Shown here: one piece after another, positions 58,586 through 64,000 of the stretch | How the letters are laid out: the number at the start of each line of letters is the position of its first letter | Position numbering within the stretch: the first letter of the stretch is position 1 | NCBI GenBank assembly: GCA_025603075.1 | Contig: MU626267.1 | Location: forward strand, 145,454 to 209,453 | DNA: 64,000 nt | Source of the DNA: Neoconidiobolus thromboides FSU 785 | Lineage: Eukaryota; Fungi; Entomophthoromycota | Direction of reading: 5' to 3' | Made by a program: the position numbers and the translations under genes | The notes under the pieces: model-generated | What the model was told of the DNA's origin: nothing | Seen by the model: the letters and a program-made list of their open reading frames with translations, nothing else | The model's database searches: none

Positions 58586-60563
58586 TTTTTTAAAAATAAT
58601 AAACAAATTTTAATAATGTATTAACTAATCCTATTTATATTATTTTGTTGTTATTAAATTAACTTTGCTTTAACTGATGACCTTAAATAAATTCATTCCT
58701 AAATCATGCTATTGAACTTTTCGAATTCTTTTAGTAAAAATGTCTCAATTCCTTTTCTTTTTAGATTCTTAATTCTCAAGTGATCAAGATTTGCATTAAC
58801 TTGAAGAATTCGTTTCTATTGAAAATCCCGAATATATAAAAATCTTTTCTATATTATTGTCAGCATGATATAACATCAACCATAAACTAATAGTAATGAC
58901 CTCTTATTTTATTCTTTACATTGTTTTATAGTAAACTAACCTATTTAGTTTTCTTACATTATTTATTTTGTTTTTTTATTACAGCTCAATCCATCCACTT
59001 TTAAAACTTTAGAACCATTAACTTTTATAGCTTTATAAAATATTCTGAGAATGAATCCTTAATATATTCTTTGAAATTTAAGTGAAGTTTCAAACACTTA
59101 TTTCCGCTTATTTTATTATAAAACTATGTAACAATAGTATTAATAACCATCGAGTTTATATTTAAATTATTAGTAGTTATAATATCTAAAATAAATAAAC
59201 CCTTGAAGTTATAAGTTCTTATATTGAATATGAAATTAAAACCCATCAAATCAAAATTTATCAAAATAAAAGTTATTAAAGTTAACTACGTGTTATAGTT
59301 GTACTATCTATCATGTTAATGAAATATTGATAGTAGCGTATATGTAAGTCACATGAGGTTTAAGGTCCTTAAGCTTAGTGACGTATCAATTGATAAGTTA
59401 ACGTAGGGTAAGGCAAAATAACCTTAATACTTGATCAAGAATAGTGGAAAGGTTCAAAGTCCTCCTAAACAAGCGTAAGGTAAATAATATACTTTGGGCT
59501 GAATTAAATAAATTGGCATAACTAATAAAATCAAAAAGTATAGTTTATTATAGAAAATAAATAAGCAAAAACTCTCAATCAAGAGAAATCCCAAAGAAAG
59601 AGATATAATTGGTTATATACTTTGTATAAGTATAAAATGCATTAATTAACTACATTTTATGTTCATACTTAATATAAGTGCCAATAAAACTAGTAATAAC
59701 TTTGATATTGGCCTTTATATTACTTTCCGAAATGTGTTTGACCTCAATTGAACCTCCAATTATAGCATTCAACTTCAGAAAGTAGGCGATTTGATTAGCA
59801 GTCTTGATAAATGTAAATAACAATGATAGTCTAAATATATATTGAAGTTAAAACAAAATATATCAATACTTCTCTTAGTTAGTGACATATGCAATAACAA
59901 AAAAGCCATAATATAAACTGATCTTATATAGAAATTACATAATCATAATAATAATTAAAAATATTTAAATTTGGTTTACATTTTCTACGATAAAAACTAC
60001 AGTAATTGAAACCTTTAATTACTACATATTAATAATAAATCATCAACACAATCAAACATACTAAACAGCATATGTAAAGCTAATATAATTAATAATAAAA
60101 TATCTAAAATGTACAAATTACAATAAATTAATTTTATCTTGAAAATTTTATAGTTGATTTTTATTCTTTAACCTATTAACCTTAGTCAACTCCGAATATT
60201 CCCAAATATTAGTTAAAATTGTTATTTCTTTAACTACATAGCATAAGAAAAACATAGAATTTATAAGGTTAATTCCACAACTACTTAAACTTAAACTTAA
60301 ATTATAGCTTAATTCATAATCTTATATACAATGTCTACTATCTTTATCCTTAAAATTGAATTTATTTGCATAAAAGCTATTCATTAAATTTAGTAATTTT
60401 TTCTTCTAAATTGAAATTATTTTGATTAGAATTCTACTATTTTTGAAGCAAACAGCTGACCAATTTAATAAACCTTCCACCATCTAAGTGAAGTTTATTC
60501 GTTAAAAGAAAACCAATAATTTAAAAATATATATATATATTTTGGCTTATTTACATAATAGCT

Positions 60564-60636
60564 GCCTGATTAGCTCAGTCGGTAGAGCATGAGACTTTTA
60601 ATCTCAGGGTCATGGGTTCGAGCCCCATATTAGGCT
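60564..60636 (+). tRNA. tRNA-Lys(UUU)
   Basis: GCCTGAT/ATTAGGC acceptor stem, GCTCAGTCGGTAGAGC D arm, TGAGA-CTTTTAA-TCTCA anticodon arm, GTTCGAGC T-loop. Confidence 0.96.
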
Positions 60637-61198
60637 TGTATTTTATAATTTTTGCTTCTAAATATCGAAATAGTTTGTTAAATGGATGTAATGTTCTTAC
60701 TAACTGATATAGCAATAACTTTATATTATAGTTTATAAATTTCAATTTATGCATAATTATAAATAAAAAAAGTTAAAAGCAGGAAATAATAAGTCAGATA
60801 CTTAAAAACCAATTATTTTAATAAAATTGCTAGCTATTTGAAAATTAATTTAAATTTTAAGTTTTTATTTTAATAATCAAAAAACGTTAATTACATTTAT
60901 TGTTTAAACTGTATTTTTAGTTTAAAGTTATTTTAAAATCAATTTAAATATTAGCTGTATTTTAATTATCAATTATGAAATATTGCTAAAAATAAAGCAA
61001 TAAACAAGTAAAAAACAAAGTGATTATTTTTGTATAATCCTCTTTTTGGAATTAATTTATAAATACCTTACTAATGTTATTACTTATCAATTGTAAAGTT
61101 AGCTATAAAACAAATAGAACGTTCACTATTATTAAAATTTTAATTTTTATAAAAATAGAAGAACTTGTATAAACCGCCAATCTTCTATTCCATATACT

Positions 61199-61806
61199 TT
61201 AATTATTATTCCCTTCGCCAGCTTCTATCGAATGAACAACTGGTTCTACTTTGATATATGGGCTAACTTTATACTTTTTAAACGCAGTTAATAAAGTGAT
61301 TACCCCAAGTCCACCGGCTACCGATAAACTAGTGATATTCCACCAATTACCACCAAAACATAAAACACCAAACCTAAATTTAAAATATTATTATTAAATC
61401 ATATAACAATATTAAATTAGTATTATTAAATTACATAAAATAAACTAAATAAATAGGATAGAATTAGTATTCCCAGATTAAAAAAGAGTATAACATTACT
61501 TACACATTGCTCTCCCTATTGGTATCATAAATAATCTATTATATTTAATATAGGAACTCTGTAATGGAAATACTTCTGAGAATATAGTCATCATTGCAAA
61601 TAAACTAGTATAAAGATTCAATTTATTCGTAACAACTCATAGTAATGTTTATCTTACAATCTTAATATCATTAAAACAATAGAGTTAGTTGAATCTCGGA
61701 CAAATTTAGTATTATGTCTATCACTATAACTAAAAGAGTTACAAATTAATACAGCAAATACGGAGAGATTGATAATAGTGGCGAAGATTCGAAAAGCTAA
61801 AGACAT
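61199..61806 (-). CDS. Small multi-pass membrane protein, COPI-associated/TVP15-like (4 exons including a 10-nt micro-exon)
   Basis: Spliced model MSLAFRIF...ILR/FLFAMMTIFSEVF...FMIPIGRAM/FYF/MFGVLCFGGNWW...; the E..GR..FY..G pattern resembles COPI_assoc proteins; first exon uncertain. Confidence 0.55.
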
Positions 61807-62223
61807 TAAACAAATAGAACTAAAGAGGATAATCAAAGTTTTTATTGATGGGATATTTATACTTTTTATTTCAATATTAAATTTAAAATTTTCTACTTAT
61901 TCTTAATGAATCGAGGTATTTTAATCAATATATTTTATTATTAGTTTCAAATAAAGTAAATGTTAGTTAAGATTCAAAGGTATAGAATTTTCATTAATGC
62001 ATAATAAACCGGTTCCACAGCCTTGGCTTTTCTTGTTGTTTCAGTATTCAGTTTGATTTAGAGAGAATAGTAACTTTGAGTACTTTTTTTGTTTATAATA
62101 AATAATAGTTAAATAAAAAAATTATTTGAATAAATTGGTTCCTTTTAATATGATTATTATAAACATTATTAAAAAATAAAATACTATTATTTCTATCAAA
62201 ATACTTAATTCCTGTTACTATTT

Positions 62224-64000
62224 GGGGCTGTCCTAATTGGTTTCAGAATCTACTTAGAAATTAATTCAAATTTAAAATTTTTAAATTTGTGTCCAATATG
62301 ACAGTTAAATCTAAAAAGCCTAAAATTAAATCTCTCTACTTAAAACTTATTTTAGTTGTTTCCTTTTCTTAAATAGCTAATTTTCCTAATTATATGTTTT
62401 ATATTAGTTCTGTTAGATATTTAATAGATATATAATATATAACTACATGATTATATAATTATACAAATATAGTTGACTTTATTTTTTATTGAAATAAAAA
62501 TAAAAATAAAATGCAAACTTTCATAACTAAACTTCGAAACGGAATTTTTGAAAATTTCAGTACAATAGGCAGGAGTACACAATATAAACATTGTAATTCA
62601 TTTACATCAATTTTAAGAGCTACTTATAACAACCCAAGGTTTATGGAACTTTATAATAAAACAAAACAAAGAAAAGATATATTATCAAAGCTTACTATCA
62701 ATAATAATAAACTTAAGCAAGCAACGTATTAAAGTAATGCTTTGAGGGAAACAGGAAATAAAAATCAACAAGTAGTGTTATTATTAACTATAACTTCAGT
62801 ATATTCTTTTGATGAATGTAAAAGTTTTGGGTTTAATATAAATAGAAATCAATATAATTATTCAAAAATAAGTAATAATAAAAAAATATCAACATTGCAA
62901 CCTATTATTAAAAATACAAAAAAATTAAAGATAAGCAAATTGAAACTATTATACAACATTTACTAAATGATTCAACTATTTCATCAAGATTTAATAAAAA
63001 AAATAATGACAGTAAATATTCATCAGATAATATATATATATTAAATAAAAGTAGAAGAATGATATACAGTAAATATTTTAATGATTTAAAAGATAAAGCG
63101 GTAGCTAGGTCAACATTTTTAAATATATACCAAGTAATTTTAAAAATGCAGCAAGAAAAACGGATCTATGTAATATATGTGCTCAGTAGACAGTTAGAAA
63201 AAAGTTATTTGAAAATAAAATAAATACAGCAATAAAAAACAAAGCAGAGATAGAAGAAATTTTCAATTAAGAAGAAAAATTATACAAATTAGATGAATTA
63301 TGTGTTGATACTCAAAAAAACACATTTAATGAAACTATTAAAAATTAAATAGTAGAAGTTGTATAATGATTTTAGATTTTAGATTTTAAACAAAATATGG
63401 GAATAGGAACAAGACCACATTCAATAAATCTAGATCATTATAATAAACAAGCTATATAATTATTAGGTTTTGATGTTTTATATTTAAAAGATCATAAAAC
63501 AATAGCCAAAGTTTACTTTGATCATTTATCTGAAATATTGAATCATGACTCAGCATATGTAGGAGATTGTTTAATCGATTTAATCTCTACAGAGCTTCTA
63601 TTTAAAAAGTTCACAAAAATTAACATATGGGCAGATACAGGAAATCATTTTAGATCCCAAGAGTTCTTATATTATATGTTTAAAGAAATTCATAAAATAA
63701 ATAGTAGTTTGAATGTTAATCTTAATTTTTTTGCTGAGCATCATGGAAAAAGTATAGTTGATGGGTATTTTGGAAACCTTTTAAAATGGAAAAGTAGTTT
63801 TGAAGCGTTAGGTGAAATAGAAATATCGATCAATTAATTTCAAGATTTGAGTCTTTTATTTGCGAGCATAATAAAATTAATAACTCGACTGTTAATAATG
63901 GGAAAACAGATATAATTTTTAAAAAGTATAAAAGAAACAAAAATACAAAAAGAATAATAGAGATGCAGGGCATTAAGAAGTATTTACATGTTATTAAACA
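62224..64000 (+). mobile_element. Decayed cut-and-paste DNA transposon with DDD transposase, Sola-like; runs off the window edge
   Basis: Candidate left end ATTT|GGGGCTGTCC at 62224; broken frames from 62511 give KYIPSNFK..RKTDLCNIC, LDFKQN, DHLSEILNHD, IWADTGNHFRS and NFFAEHHGKSIVDGYFG. Confidence 0.7.

Noticed and set aside
59291-59500. Possible solo LTR starting TGTTATAG
   Set aside because: No matching CA end, TSD, second copy or primer-binding site found

Overview
Very AT-rich, compact eukaryotic DNA with short GT-AG introns. It is fungal (Zn2Cys6 factor, Opi1, NoxB-type oxidase, PTR2, OCA1) and probably from an early-diverging lineage, which is an inference. About 24 protein genes can be supported, several of them multi-exon and missed or split by the ORF track: OPI1-like, SLP1-like, UBC9, PGK1, CLPP, NAR1, OCA1 and a TVP15-like gene. 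There are three tRNAs (2x Ser-UGA, 1x Lys-UUU), two decayed ORFs and one duplicated degenerate coding segment. The most striking unexplained structure is a ~99-bp MITE family with 18 near-full-length copies plus one possible internally deleted copy. It has GGGGATGT...ACATCCCC termini and 4-bp AT-rich target duplications, including one copy nested in another with an ATTT duplication. At the right edge lies a decayed DDD (Sola-like) transposase preceded by a matching ATTT|GGGGCTGT terminus, the candidate autonomous partner. Also notable are two inverted macrodomain paralogues that share non-canonical catalytic loops, a decayed Asn/Trp-repeat ORF, and several orphan secreted or small proteins. 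All assignments were made by eye with no database searches, so exon boundaries and family calls need confirmation.
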